Assembly: GCA_963555815.3 (NCBI GenBank)
Contig: CAUVWX020000001.1
Coordinates: 384,001-448,000 of the forward strand
DNA length: 64,000 nt
Direction of reading: 5' to 3'
From: a bacterium
GTDB lineage: Bacteria > UBA8248 > JACPRG01 > G963555815
The translations under genes were made by a program, and so were the position numbers. Below the pieces are notes generated by a model. That model ran no database searches, was not told where the DNA came from, and saw only the letters and a list, made by a program, of their open reading frames with translations. Positions 1-10,261 of this stretch are shown in pieces. The number at the start of each line of letters is the position of its first letter. The first letter of the stretch is position 1.

Positions 1-496
1 GCGACTGTTCGGGTGGGTGCCGGCACGATTTGGGAGTTTTACGGATACCACGACTTACTTCCAGTCCCTTCCTTCAGAGGTCACCTTTGGCGTGTTCGTC
101 CTTTTCCTGGGGGGTGTGGCGTGGGGTCTCTGGAGGCAGCTGGACGCTTGGACAGGCTATCTCCTCCTCTGGTTCATCTTTTTCTACGGGATCTTCACCA
201 GTTGGATCTACTTCCCCGATGTCCGCTTCCTGGCCTACTTTGTGCCACCGGTGGCAATGCTCGCGGCCCCGGTTTTTCGAGAGCTCCTGAAAAGGCTAAA
301 ATACCCTCTCGTTGCTGCAGGACTGGTGGTGGCATTGCTGGCGCACCTGGTCTATTCTAGCGCGTTCGTTGGGTTCCCCCCCCCAGGGAGGACGATTGAC
401 CGCCAAAAAGTCCCAGAGGCTGAGCGGCAGTTTACCCGTGAGGCTGGTGAGCGTCGGCTTCGCAGGCTAGATCGATGGCGCCCCAAGGGTCAGTAG
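1..496 (+). CDS. 3' part of a polytopic membrane protein, possibly a GT-C-type glycosyltransferase (5' end outside window)
   Basis: Several hydrophobic helices; 'DVRFLAYFVP' resembles late-loop motifs of ArnT/PMT-like proteins; overlaps the next gene. Confidence 0.5.
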   Translation, partial: RLFGWVPARFGSFTDTTTYFQSLPSEVTFGVFVLFLGGVAWGLWRQLDAWTGYLLLWFIFFYGIFTSWIYFPDVRFLAYFVPPVAMLAAPVFRELLKRLKYPLVAAGLVVALLAHLVYSSAFVGFPPPGRTIDRQKVPEAERQFTREAGERRLRRLDRWRPKGQ

Positions 497-1941
497 AGGA
501 ACGTATTGTGGAAAAGATCGCCGTCAGGGCCCACTTCAACAAGATGGCCCCTGACTACGACTACTGGAAGCGCAAGAACTGGTACTACCACTTTTTCATA
601 AAACGCTTCTTGAGGTCTCGGATCGCATCCCGTCGAGATGTGTTGGAACTCGGTTGCGGGACAGGGGAAATCCTGGCGAGTTTAGATCCTCGGCGCGGCC
701 TCGGGGTTGATATGAGCAAGGAGATGGTCCGGATCGCCAGGGCCAAGTTTCCAGACCTCGTCTTTGAAGTCGGCGACGCAGAACATCTCGGTGTCGAGGG
801 ACGGTTCGATTACGTCGTCATGGTGGACCTGATCGACCATCTCTCCGACATCTGGGCGGCCTTAGGCGCCGTCCAGCCGGTCTTTAAGCCCAGGGGTCGT
901 TTCCTCATCACGACCATCAATCCGTTCTGGGAACCCCTCTTCTCCTTGGCCGAATCCCTCCGGATGAAGATGCCCGAGGGGCCTCACAACTTCGTCCCTT
1001 TAGAGGATATCTGCAATCTACTCGTGTCGAGAGGTTTTAGCGTGGAGGAGAAGGGTTTTCACTTCTTTGTTCCAAAGCGGATCCCCCTTCTCACCGGCCT
1101 TCTGAACGCCATCCTCTCCCGCGTCCCAATCCTGAGGAGACTCGGGATGATCCAATATGTCGTTGCGAAGCCAAAAGAAGCGAAGAGAGAGGAGCTGACC
1201 GCCTCTGTCGTGATCCCCTGTCTGAATGAGGCCCAAGGCATCCGGGCCTGCCTTGAGCGGGTCCCCTTCGACCCAAAGATCCTGGAGATTATTGTCGTGG
1301 ACGACGGCTCGACAGACGGGACGGCCGACGTCGTCCGCGAGGTCCAGCAGACACATCCGAGGGTTCGCCTGATCTCCTACCAGCCGAACCGGGGCAAGTG
1401 CTTCGCAGTCCAGGAGGGGTTTCGAGCCGCCCGAGGGGATGTCCTGATCATCCTGGACGCCGATATGTCGGTCCCGCCGGAGGAGATACCGAGATTCCTG
1501 GAGCCCATCGCCGACGGCCATGCCCACTTCGTCAACGGGACGCGGATGACCTATCCGATGGAGGCGCAGTCCATGCGGTTTCTGAACCTCCTCGGCAACA
1601 AGTTCTTTGGGCTCATCCTGAGCGGGCTCATGGGCCAGCGGATCACAGACTGTCTTTGCGGGACGAAGGCCCTGCTGCGCGAGGATTTTGAGCGGATCCC
1701 GATGGGGCGAGACCCCTGGGGCGATTTTGACCTCCTCTTCGGCGCCGCCCGGCAAAAGCTCACCATTGTAGAGATGCCCGTCCACTACCGGTGTCGGGTG
1801 GCGGATCGCTCCAAGATGATGAGGCTGCGCCATGGCCTGAGCCTCCTAAAAATGTGTTTCGTTGGCCTATGGGAGCTCAGACTTCAGCCCTGGCTGCAGG
1901 AATGGCGGTGGGCTCATCGAGAGAGGACCCGTCCGAGCTGA
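475..1941 (+). CDS. Class I SAM methyltransferase fused to a GT2 (polyprenol-phosphate glycosyltransferase-like) domain
   Basis: N-half VLELGCGTG SAM motif; C-half VVIPCLNEA, VDDGSTD, ILDAD; start may be GTG at 508. Confidence 0.85.
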   Translation: MAPQGSVEERIVEKIAVRAHFNKMAPDYDYWKRKNWYYHFFIKRFLRSRIASRRDVLELGCGTGEILASLDPRRGLGVDMSKEMVRIARAKFPDLVFEVGDAEHLGVEGRFDYVVMVDLIDHLSDIWAALGAVQPVFKPRGRFLITTINPFWEPLFSLAESLRMKMPEGPHNFVPLEDICNLLVSRGFSVEEKGFHFFVPKRIPLLTGLLNAILSRVPILRRLGMIQYVVAKPKEAKREELTASVVIPCLNEAQGIRACLERVPFDPKILEIIVVDDGSTDGTADVVREVQQTHPRVRLISYQPNRGKCFAVQEGFRAARGDVLIILDADMSVPPEEIPRFLEPIADGHAHFVNGTRMTYPMEAQSMRFLNLLGNKFFGLILSGLMGQRITDCLCGTKALLREDFERIPMGRDPWGDFDLLFGAARQKLTIVEMPVHYRCRVADRSKMMRLRHGLSLLKMCFVGLWELRLQPWLQEWRWAHRERTRPS

Positions 1942-2112
1942 ATCCAGGGGCGGAAGACCTGAAACGCTCAGGGAGAAGGGAAGTGTCCTGGCCGAGGGAT
2001 CGCATCTGTCACGGATTTCCTGGGCGAGAGGCGCCGGGACAGCGTTGAAAATGTCCCGTATTTCTGGTATTGACTCGTATCGATGCATGGTGATGTAACA
2101 AAAGGGTTTGAC

Positions 2113-3135
2113 ATGTCGACGCCGGGAAATTTTGTGCTGGCCTTCGGGGAATATCTCCTGAAGCGAAACCTCAAGCACATGATCGTCCATGTGACGAATC
2201 GCTGTAATTTTCGCTGCGAGCATTGCTTCATCGATTTTTCGCCGAAACGCGACATGACGTTGGAGCAGTATCGGCAGCTGGGGCGTGAGGCGGGGAAGCT
2301 GTTCTGGTTGGACATCGGCGGCGGCGAGCCATTCCTGCGCCATGACCTGGCCGAGATCGTTGGGTGCTTCGAAGCCCGGGTCGTCCAAATCCCGTCCAAC
2401 GGCTCATTGCCGGACCCGATCATCGACAACCTGACCCGCATAAAGAAGAAGATGCGCGCTGAGATCACTTTCTCCCTCAGTCTGGATGGTCTGCCAGAAA
2501 CTCATGCCAAGATTCGCGGCCAGAAGGACAATTGGGATCAGGTGTGGTCGACCTTTGAGAAGGTTCGTTCCCTTGGTGGTGTATCGATTAAGATCAACAC
2601 GGTCATCACCAAGTCGAACTTCGATGAAATCATTCCGTTGATGAAGATGGTTCGCGGACACAAGCCGGACTTCCACTCAATCATCCTCTTGCGCGGCGAC
2701 CCCATGGACCCGGGTGTCGAACTGCCGTCACTCGACGAGTTGCGCCGCGTTGCGCCAGAGATATTTTCGATCCTGGGCACGTACGACTACGGGCAGAACT
2801 TCGCCACATCGCACATCCTGCGCAATTACCACAGGTTTCTGTGGAGGACGTCACTGCAGACCATCGAGGAACGCCGTCAGGTGATCCCCTGCCAGGCGGG
2901 CAAATTCCACATGGTAGTGCTCGGCAACGGGCGCGTCTCCTCGTGTGAGATGTTGGAACCCGTCGGTGATCTGAACCTCCAGACCTTTAAAGAGATAAAA
3001 TAAAGCACGGCTTTTCGGGATCAAGTGAGATCGATCGAAAATGGGGAATGTCACTGCACGCACAACTGCGCGATGGTGGGCAGCATCCTATTCAACCCAA
3101 CCCAGCTGATAAAGCTTGCACGACAAACCGTCTGA
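2113..3135 (+). pseudogene. Radical SAM/SPASM protein interrupted by an in-frame TAA at 3001-3003
   Basis: CNFRCEHC (CxxxCxxC), GGGEP, CQAG...SSCE. The frame continues past TAA as STAFRDQVRSIENGECHCTHNCAMVGSILFNP...QTV to TGA at 3133-3135. Confidence 0.8.
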
Positions 3136-4120
3136 GGTCTGGCGCGGCGACTCCGATCGCTGTGCGGTCATCATCCCCTTCCAGGATAACTTCGCCCTCC
3201 TTGCCAATTGCCTGAGCGCACTCCTCAACGCCCTGCCCCCAGGGGTGCGAATCGTCTTGGTCGACGATGCCAGCACCGCGCCACCGGAGCGAGAGGGCGT
3301 CCTCTCGTCCCTGCTGAGCCACCCGTCGCTGGTGCTGCTGCGGCACGCGGAAAATCGAGGCCCGGGGGCGGCTCGGAACACCGCCATCGCCTGGTGTTGG
3401 GACAACAGTATCGACACCGCCATTTTGCTAGACTCGGATTGCGTACCGCCCAGCGACTTCATCGAAGCGCATCTCGCTTTGCATCAACAACACAAAGACG
3501 TGATCTGCGCCGGCGGCGCGATCCGGGGCACGGGGGAGAGTTTATGGGCGCGGCTGGACGGTGTGATGTCCTGGTTCACCTCGATGCCTGATGCACCAAT
3601 GCGCGAGGTAAAGCCACCGCTGCACATCCCGACAACGAATATGAGCTTGAAGCTGCTTGCCTCGCGGCGAAGTCTCTTGGTCTTTAACGAGCGTTTGCGA
3701 ACTGGATAGGACGTCGCCTTCGTCAATTCGCTATACCGTGCCGGGGAGCGTTTAGTGTTTTCGCCGACGCCAGAGATCGTCCACCGTGATCGCACAGACT
3801 TCCGCGGCTTCATGCACCACCAGTACGGTTGGGGTCTGCACACCTACTTGGTGCAATGGGGCGAAAGGACGCACGGCCTGCCGATACGATTGGCCATCGC
3901 TACCATTTTTCTGCTGGCGGCACCGGGCTACGCGGCGTTGGCGACCTGGCTGAACATGCGACCCTGGCTTGCCGCACGGCCGCGTGATTGGTGGCCAATC
4001 CCGGCCGTTTACCTCTGCTATCTGTACAAGACCGTCGCCATCGTGCACGGGACCCTCAGGCCAACTGCCGCCAGTCGCGGCTGTGACGCCAGCACGGCCC
4101 CGGCCTTAAAAATTTCTTGA
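3116..4120 (+). pseudogene. GT2 glycosyltransferase interrupted by an in-frame TAG at 3707-3709
   Basis: VIIP, VDDAS, GPGAARN, LDSDC. ORFs 3116-3709 and 3755-4120 share a frame and read RTG*DVAF where GT2 enzymes have GED. Confidence 0.8.
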
Positions 4121-4145
4121 CACCCTTGGCGGAGAAAGGTAAGAA
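4117..4145 (+). promoter_or_regulatory. Sigma70-type promoter of the btu operon
   Basis: TTGACA-17 nt-TAAGAA directly upstream of the riboswitch. Confidence 0.55.
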
Positions 4146-4153
4146 AGAAACAT

Positions 4154-4335
4154 AGAGGCCGATAGTCCCAAGTGGGATCGGTGAGGGAACGCGGTGAGCC
4201 CGAAAGAGGGTGATTCCGCGGCTGCCCCGCAACTGTGAACGGGGACGAAATCTGCAAGTAGCCACTACCCCTTCGGGGGTGGGAAGGCGCAGAGAGTAGG
4301 ACGATCCGTAAGCCAGGATACCTCATACGGCCTCT
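4154..4335 (+). ncRNA. Cobalamin riboswitch
   Basis: AGGGAA..GGTG...TCC..GCTGCCCCGCAACTGT...GCCACT...GGGAAGG...AGCCAGGATACCT; AGAGGCCG (4154-61) pairs with CGGCCTCT (4328-35); precedes B12 uptake genes. Confidence 0.93.
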
Positions 4336-4387
4336 CCCAGTGGACCTTCCGAGGGGGAGGGAAAGCAGGTGGGTCGGTTTTTTCAGT

Positions 4388-4427
4388 GAGCCCGGCGCTC
4401 TTTCTCCTGAGGCCGGGTTTTTTCTTT
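4388..4427 (+). terminator. Intrinsic terminator, probable riboswitch expression platform
   Basis: GAGCCCGGC...GCCGGGTTT stem followed by a T-run. Confidence 0.7.
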
Positions 4428-4544
4428 CCCGCCTTTTCTGCCTCTCCTTGCTAGGTTTCTAGGCCTCGGAAGCGTCCGTGACCAAAGCCATCTGATGGGC
4501 CACTGCCCCTTCCGGGGCAGAATTCCGCCCAGGGGGTCACGCGC

Positions 4545-5450
4545 TTGAAGGCAAGTCGGGGATTTTCAGGAGGGAAAGCCCTCCTCCTGCTCATCGTTGG
4601 GGTGACGGCGTGGGCGGGGAGCGGGGTCTGGCGGACGGTTCAGTCGGGCCATGAGCTTTGCTCTCAACCCACGGCCGATCTCCGCCCGCGCCGGATTGTC
4701 AGTCTCGCCCTGGTCACGGACGAGATCCTCGTCCACCTGGTCTCGAAGGATCGGATCGCGGCACTCCACCCTATTTCGGCCGATCCCACCTTCTCCAACA
4801 TCGCCAACCAGGTGGCCAAGATTCCAAAGATCCAGCCTGACACCGAGGTCATCCTCCGCCTACGGCCGGATCTGGTTTTAGCGGCCTCCTTCAACGGCCC
4901 CCACCTTCTGGGAAACCTCCGGCGCCTGGGCTGTCAGGTGGTCGTCATGTCTCGTTTTGATTCCTTTGAGAGCATCCGCGAAAACGTGCTCCTGATAGCC
5001 CGTGCGGTGGGGGAGGAGGCCCGGGGACACGCTCTCCTGAAGGAGATGGACGAAAAACTCGAGACCATCGCACCCCTGGGAGCAAGAGGGGATCCTCCCC
5101 CACAAGTCCTCTTCATCGGCCCCTCGGGGTTTACCGCCGGACGGGGGACCACCGTGAGCGAGGTCATCCGTCTGGCGGGCGGGCATAACGTCGCCGGGGG
5201 GATCCTGAAAGGGATCGGGCGCCTTTCTCCTGAGGTCCTGTTGAAGCTCAAGCCCGACGTCCTCCTTCGAACTTCCTATGCCCCTCTGGACCCTGCCACA
5301 AAGTGGCTCTTCTCATTGCAGGCGCAGATGGGAGGAGGAGACCCCCGAGAGGTGGTTATTGATGCAAAGCGTCTCTTGTCCGTCTCTCCCTATCTTGCTT
5401 CGGCCGTTGAGGAGCTTGGGGTGGCCCTGAAAAAAGAGGAAATGAGATGA
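4545..5450 (+). CDS. btuF: Cobalamin ABC transporter substrate-binding protein
   Basis: RIVSL..TDEIL, EVILRLRPDLVL, TAGRGT; riboswitch context. Confidence 0.85.
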   Translation: MKASRGFSGGKALLLLIVGVTAWAGSGVWRTVQSGHELCSQPTADLRPRRIVSLALVTDEILVHLVSKDRIAALHPISADPTFSNIANQVAKIPKIQPDTEVILRLRPDLVLAASFNGPHLLGNLRRLGCQVVVMSRFDSFESIRENVLLIARAVGEEARGHALLKEMDEKLETIAPLGARGDPPPQVLFIGPSGFTAGRGTTVSEVIRLAGGHNVAGGILKGIGRLSPEVLLKLKPDVLLRTSYAPLDPATKWLFSLQAQMGGGDPREVVIDAKRLLSVSPYLASAVEELGVALKKEEMR

Positions 5451-6475
5451 AGAGACTGAGGCCCTCCTGGGTCCTTTCCCTCCTCGCCCTGGCATTTTTG
5501 GGCGCCGTCCTGCTTGGGTTCTCCATTGGCTCGGTCCACATCGGCCTTGGGACTACCTTCAAGGTGCTCCTGAAGACCCTGGGGTTTCCCTTCGAGACGG
5601 CCCCCGAGGACGAGGTCATTTTGCTCCTGCTGCGTCTTCCCCGCGTGGCGAAGGCAGCCCTCGTGGGAGGGGGTCTCGCCCTTTCTGGGGTCCTGATGCA
5701 GGCCGTCTTTCGAAACCCCCTGGCCGACCCAGCCCTTCTCGGCGTCTCCAGCGGGGGGGCCCTGGCTGCCGTGATCGCCCTAAGCCTGGGGGCCGCCTTT
5801 GCGGGGGCCTGGACCGTCCCCCTGGTGGCCTTTGTCGGGGCGGTGGCCGCCTCGGCAGCGGTCCTGGCCATAGGGGGGATCCGACGCAAGGCTCATCTCC
5901 TCACCCTACTCCTCGGTGGGCTTGCGGTGAATGCCATGGCCGCGGCGCTAATCTCCCTTATCCTCCTTCGCTCAGCCACATCTGACGAAGTCCGCACACT
6001 CCTCTTCTGGCTCATGGGAAGCGTGGAGTCCCAGGGATGGACCGAGGTGACGGTCCTCTTTTTCCTCATCCTTGCCGGTGGTATCCCAGCCTTCCTCAGC
6101 AGCAGGGCCTTGAATATCCTCCTCCTGGACGACGCCGAGGCCCAAAGCCTGGGCCTTGCCGTACGAAAATTCCGCCTCTGGATGCTCGTGATCAACGCCC
6201 TGGTGGCCGGTGCCGCGGTGGCCGTGAGCGGCGTCATCGGATTCATCGGCCTGATGGTCCCCCATATGGGACGGCGTCTCACCGGACCTGACCACCGCCT
6301 CCTCCTCCCAGTCAGCATCCTGGGGGGGGCGATCCTCCTCATCGGCGCTGATCTCATTTCCCGAAGCGTCGTTGGACCGGTGGAGATCCGCGTAGGCATC
6401 GTCATGGCCCTTCTCGGGGCTCCGGTGTTCCTCATCCTTCTCCTCAGCCGGAAGGGGACGAGGGAGCTCTTGTGA
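5447..6475 (+). CDS. btuC: Cobalamin ABC transporter permease (FecCD family)
   Basis: LRLPR, QAVFRNPLADPALLGVSSG, GVIGFIGLMVPH. Confidence 0.9.
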   Translation: MKRLRPSWVLSLLALAFLGAVLLGFSIGSVHIGLGTTFKVLLKTLGFPFETAPEDEVILLLLRLPRVAKAALVGGGLALSGVLMQAVFRNPLADPALLGVSSGGALAAVIALSLGAAFAGAWTVPLVAFVGAVAASAAVLAIGGIRRKAHLLTLLLGGLAVNAMAAALISLILLRSATSDEVRTLLFWLMGSVESQGWTEVTVLFFLILAGGIPAFLSSRALNILLLDDAEAQSLGLAVRKFRLWMLVINALVAGAAVAVSGVIGFIGLMVPHMGRRLTGPDHRLLLPVSILGGAILLIGADLISRSVVGPVEIRVGIVMALLGAPVFLILLLSRKGTRELL

Positions 6476-7287
6476 TGACTCAGGAAGGTCTCCACATCGA
6501 AGGGGTGAGCGCCACACTGGGTGGGAAGACCATCCTGAACGAGATCAGTTTCGATGTGCGCCCCGGAGAGATGGTCGGGGTCCTCGGGCCGAACGGCGCG
6601 GGGAAATCTTCCCTCCTTCACGTCCTGGCCGGCCTCCTTTCGCCTGAAGGTGGCCAAGTTCGACTCGACGGCATGGACCTTCAAAACCTTTCGGTCCGAC
6701 AGCGGGGGCGTCTTGTGGCCCTGGTCCCTCAACAGCCCGCCGTCGCCTTCGGGTTTCCTTGCCATCAGGTGGTCTTAATGGGGCGATATCCCCACCTGGG
6801 ATGGCTTGAACAGGAGAGCGCAACGGACCAAGAGATCACCCTTGAATCCATGGCAATGACCGAGTGTGCGAACCTTTCAGACCGACCCATCACCCAAGTG
6901 TCAGGTGGAGAACGCCGGCGCGTCTTTCTCGCCCGCGCCCTTGCCCAGCGCCCCCGCCTCCTTCTCCTGGATGAGCCGACGGCCGATCAGGACCTTCGCC
7001 ATCAGGTCCTGCTCCTCGAGCGCCTGAGCTCCTGGGTGGGCCAAAAGGCTTTTGGGGTCGCGACCTTTCACGACGTGAACCTGGCCGCTCGGTTCTCCGG
7101 GCGCCTTCTCCTTCTCTCACAAGGGGAGGCCGTTCGCTTTGGCCCCCCGGCTGAGGTCCTGACGCCCGCCAATATCGAGTCGGTCTACGGGATTTCCGTC
7201 TCTATCGTCGGCGGTCCCCCTCCTCAGCCCCACGCCATCATCCCCCTGCTACCCAGGGGGAGCCACCAAATGGATAAACCTTCATGA
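6472..7287 (+). CDS. btuD: Cobalamin ABC transporter ATP-binding protein
   Basis: GPNGAGKS, VSGGE, LLLDEPT. Confidence 0.9.
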   Translation: MMTQEGLHIEGVSATLGGKTILNEISFDVRPGEMVGVLGPNGAGKSSLLHVLAGLLSPEGGQVRLDGMDLQNLSVRQRGRLVALVPQQPAVAFGFPCHQVVLMGRYPHLGWLEQESATDQEITLESMAMTECANLSDRPITQVSGGERRRVFLARALAQRPRLLLLDEPTADQDLRHQVLLLERLSSWVGQKAFGVATFHDVNLAARFSGRLLLLSQGEAVRFGPPAEVLTPANIESVYGISVSIVGGPPPQPHAIIPLLPRGSHQMDKPS

Positions 7288-9245
7288 AACTTCCGAGAAA
7301 AGGAAAATGGATCCTGGCCCTCATGGCAGTCTCTGTCATCTCCCTGGCCCAGAGAGGAGAGTCACAGGAGACCACGTTCAGGGCGCTTGTGGTGACGGCG
7401 ACGCGAACGCCGGAGCCCCAGGAGAGACTCGGTACGCCGGTGACAATCCTCACCCAAGAGGACCTGCGCGCGGCCGGGGTGGACCTCCGCGACGCGCTTC
7501 GGACTGTACCCGGCCTCGCCGTCGTGGGACAGGGAGGCCGCAGCGCGACCACCTCTATCTTTTCGCGGGGTGGAGAATCCAACTTCAATCTGATCCTCAT
7601 TGACGGAGTGAAGGTCAACTCCGCCGGTGGCGATTTCGACTTCGGCGATCTGACGCTGGACAACATCGAGCGGATTGAAATCCTGCGCGGCCCGCAAAGT
7701 GCCCTGTACGGTTCCGAGGCCGTGGCCTCGGTTATTCAGATCATCACAAAAAAAGGGCAAGGCGCCCCAACGGCAGACCTTGACTTCCAGGGCGGTAGTT
7801 TTGCAACGCTTGAAGAGCGGGCCAGCTTCCAATTTGGGAGAGATGATTTCGGTTTTTCCGTCGGCGTCAGCCGGATAGACACCGACGGCCACCTGGCCGT
7901 GAACAATGAATTCCGAAACACCATCGTATCTTCGAGAGCCGATTACTCGATGGGGAACTGGCTCCAGACGCAATTGTCTCTGCGCTATTCTGACTCCAGA
8001 AACCATTTCCCCACCGGAAGCGCGGGAGACCGCTTCGACACGCCTGATCCCAACCAGTTCTTGGATCGTAAACGGCTGGTGCTGAGCCCCCGGATCGAGG
8101 CCCAGGCTTTTCCCTGGTGGAACCACGTTCTCCAGCTCGGCTATTCTCACGAAAATCGGTTTTTCGACGACCCGGCGGATGCCGGTGTGGACTTCTTCGG
8201 AGCCTTCCAATCCGACACCGATGAAGACAGGATTTCGGCCGACTATCTCTGGCACTTCGGACCCTGGGCGGCCATGGAGCTGAACGCTCGGCCGACCTTC
8301 GGTTTCGCGGCGGAAGAGGAATCCATCGACCGAACCTCCATCAGCGCCGGCACGCAAACCATCCTGGATGTGTCCCGAACCAACTACGCCTTCTTCACCC
8401 AACTTCAGCTTTCCTTCCAAGACCGGCTGTTCTTCACCCCAGGCTTCCGGTTCGACGACAACGGCAACTTCGGCACTGCGGTCAGCCCTAAGTTTCCCCT
8501 GGCATACCTGATCCCGACGTGGGGGACCAAGCTGCGGGGCTCCTATGCTGAGGGAATCAAGGCACCCACCTTCATTGAGGTCTTCGGCATAAGCACCCTG
8601 ATAGGGAATCGAAACCTGGGTCCCGAAGAAGCAAGAAGCTGGGAGATTGGATTCGACCAGGACCTGTGGAAAAACCGGGTCCACTTCGGCTTCACGTATT
8701 TTCACAACCGCTTCAAGAACCTTATCGCCTTTGTCTCCGGTCCGGGGCCGAATTTCCTCAACATCCAGGAGGCAGAAACCAAAGGGGCGGAGATCACCCT
8801 TTCCGCTTCCCCCGGCTTCGGCTTCACCCTCCGCGGGAGCTACACCCTGACCGATACCGAGGTGGTGGACAATGGGGGTGTGGGGGGGCTATCTTTCATC
8901 GAAGGGCAGGAACTCCTTAGGCGTGCGAAACACAGGGGATCCTTCCAGGCTGGATATCAAGGAAAGCACCTTCAAGGAATGCTCACCCTTCTGGTGGTCG
9001 GCGACGCGAGCGATCTGAACTTCTCGCAATTTCCCTCTCGTCGGATCACGTTAGGCGGGTACGAGCATGTCGACCTCTACTTGTCTTATCCACTTCCATG
9101 GAAGTTACCTGGAGTCCGAACCGCAAGGCTGCAGGTACAGGTGAAAAACCTATTGGATGAGAATTACGAGGAGGTGTTCGGATTCAGCACGCCTGGGGTG
9201 TCCGCTATAGGAGGGCTCAAGTTGGAGTTCGGAGGGAGTTCCTAA
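7284..9245 (+). CDS. btuB: TonB-dependent cobalamin receptor
   Basis: Signal peptide, TonB box LVVTATRT, plug IERIEILRGPQSALYGS, late NLLDENY. Confidence 0.88.
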   Translation: MKLPRKGKWILALMAVSVISLAQRGESQETTFRALVVTATRTPEPQERLGTPVTILTQEDLRAAGVDLRDALRTVPGLAVVGQGGRSATTSIFSRGGESNFNLILIDGVKVNSAGGDFDFGDLTLDNIERIEILRGPQSALYGSEAVASVIQIITKKGQGAPTADLDFQGGSFATLEERASFQFGRDDFGFSVGVSRIDTDGHLAVNNEFRNTIVSSRADYSMGNWLQTQLSLRYSDSRNHFPTGSAGDRFDTPDPNQFLDRKRLVLSPRIEAQAFPWWNHVLQLGYSHENRFFDDPADAGVDFFGAFQSDTDEDRISADYLWHFGPWAAMELNARPTFGFAAEEESIDRTSISAGTQTILDVSRTNYAFFTQLQLSFQDRLFFTPGFRFDDNGNFGTAVSPKFPLAYLIPTWGTKLRGSYAEGIKAPTFIEVFGISTLIGNRNLGPEEARSWEIGFDQDLWKNRVHFGFTYFHNRFKNLIAFVSGPGPNFLNIQEAETKGAEITLSASPGFGFTLRGSYTLTDTEVVDNGGVGGLSFIEGQELLRRAKHRGSFQAGYQGKHLQGMLTLLVVGDASDLNFSQFPSRRITLGGYEHVDLYLSYPLPWKLPGVRTARLQVQVKNLLDENYEEVFGFSTPGVSAIGGLKLEFGGSS

Positions 9246-9259
9246 GGAGTACCGACACC

Positions 9260-10261
9260 GTGAGAGACACACCCCAGCCCGCCGCCCCTGCCAAGAAAGG
9301 CCCGAGCCACGGGAGGACAATGGGCCCGCCGGGAGGTTTCTTGCGACGGGCACTCGCCCTCTCGATTTTCATCCACCTCGCAGGGGCCGTCGGGGTCATG
9401 TCACTTCTACTCTATCAGGGAAATCCTGACGAAAAGGCCCTGGGACGCGGTCCCATCCGAGTCTCGCCCTATCCCGCAGAGCCTACGCCAAACCTCCAGA
9501 AAAGTGAGGAAGCGGATCTCCTAAAAACTTCAGAGGGTGCTGGTCAAAACGAACAGGCTGTTCTCCATCGGTCTTCCCTTGCCGCCCCTCAAGAGGAACC
9601 TGAAGAGACCGACAGCCCGGCTTCAAGACCCACGCTACGGTTCGAAAGGACGTCGGAAGACTCCTTCTTCCCTGAGGAGACACTTCCCTCCCTTGTCTTA
9701 TCGGCGATGGAGGAAAACACCGAAGATATCCAGCCCTCATTCCCAACAGAGGCGCCCCGTCCCCTAACCCGGCAGATTCGGAAGCGAGAAACAGCTGTCG
9801 TCTCTTTGCCACCTCCCCACCTTCCCGATGTGGAAGACACTGAGGGCGCTCCGGTTGAGGTTCCGGAAGAGGAAGCGGGGGACCATCCGCCAGAACTTCA
9901 GCCCGCCGCTGAAACGGCACTGGGACCTGAGGAGGAATCCAATCCACTCAGAGATGGGGTGGCACGAGAAGAGAAGGCGCGGGGCACTCCTGTTCGGGTC
10001 TTCGCCGACCATCGGGTTCTTCCCCGTTATCCACTCATCGCCCGGCGCCAGGGGCTTCAAGGGACCACCCTTCTTCGGATTCAGATCAAACCCGACGGGC
10101 GGGTGGCAAAAATTCTCCTCCTTCAATCCTCGGGCCATTCCTCTTTGGATGAATCGGCCACCGAGGCGGTCCACCTCTGGAGATTTGGGTTCGAAGGGGA
10201 CCCTCCCCCTTCGGGAATGTGGGCAATCCTTCCGGTCCGCTTCGAGCTCAGGGGGCAGTAG
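9260..10261 (+). CDS. tonB: Energy transducer TonB
   Basis: TM with SIFIH (SxxxH), long Pro/Glu linker, C-terminal YPLIARRQGLQG..SSGHSSLD..PVRFEL. Confidence 0.88.
   Translation: MRDTPQPAAPAKKGPSHGRTMGPPGGFLRRALALSIFIHLAGAVGVMSLLLYQGNPDEKALGRGPIRVSPYPAEPTPNLQKSEEADLLKTSEGAGQNEQAVLHRSSLAAPQEEPEETDSPASRPTLRFERTSEDSFFPEETLPSLVLSAMEENTEDIQPSFPTEAPRPLTRQIRKRETAVVSLPPPHLPDVEDTEGAPVEVPEEEAGDHPPELQPAAETALGPEEESNPLRDGVAREEKARGTPVRVFADHRVLPRYPLIARRQGLQGTTLLRIQIKPDGRVAKILLLQSSGHSSLDESATEAVHLWRFGFEGDPPPSGMWAILPVRFELRGQ

Noticed and set aside
3001..3709. Stop-codon reassignment, pyrrolysine or selenocysteine as the cause of the in-frame stops
   Set aside because: Two different stop codons are involved, the TAG sits where Glu is required, and TAA/TAG end many intact genes in the window
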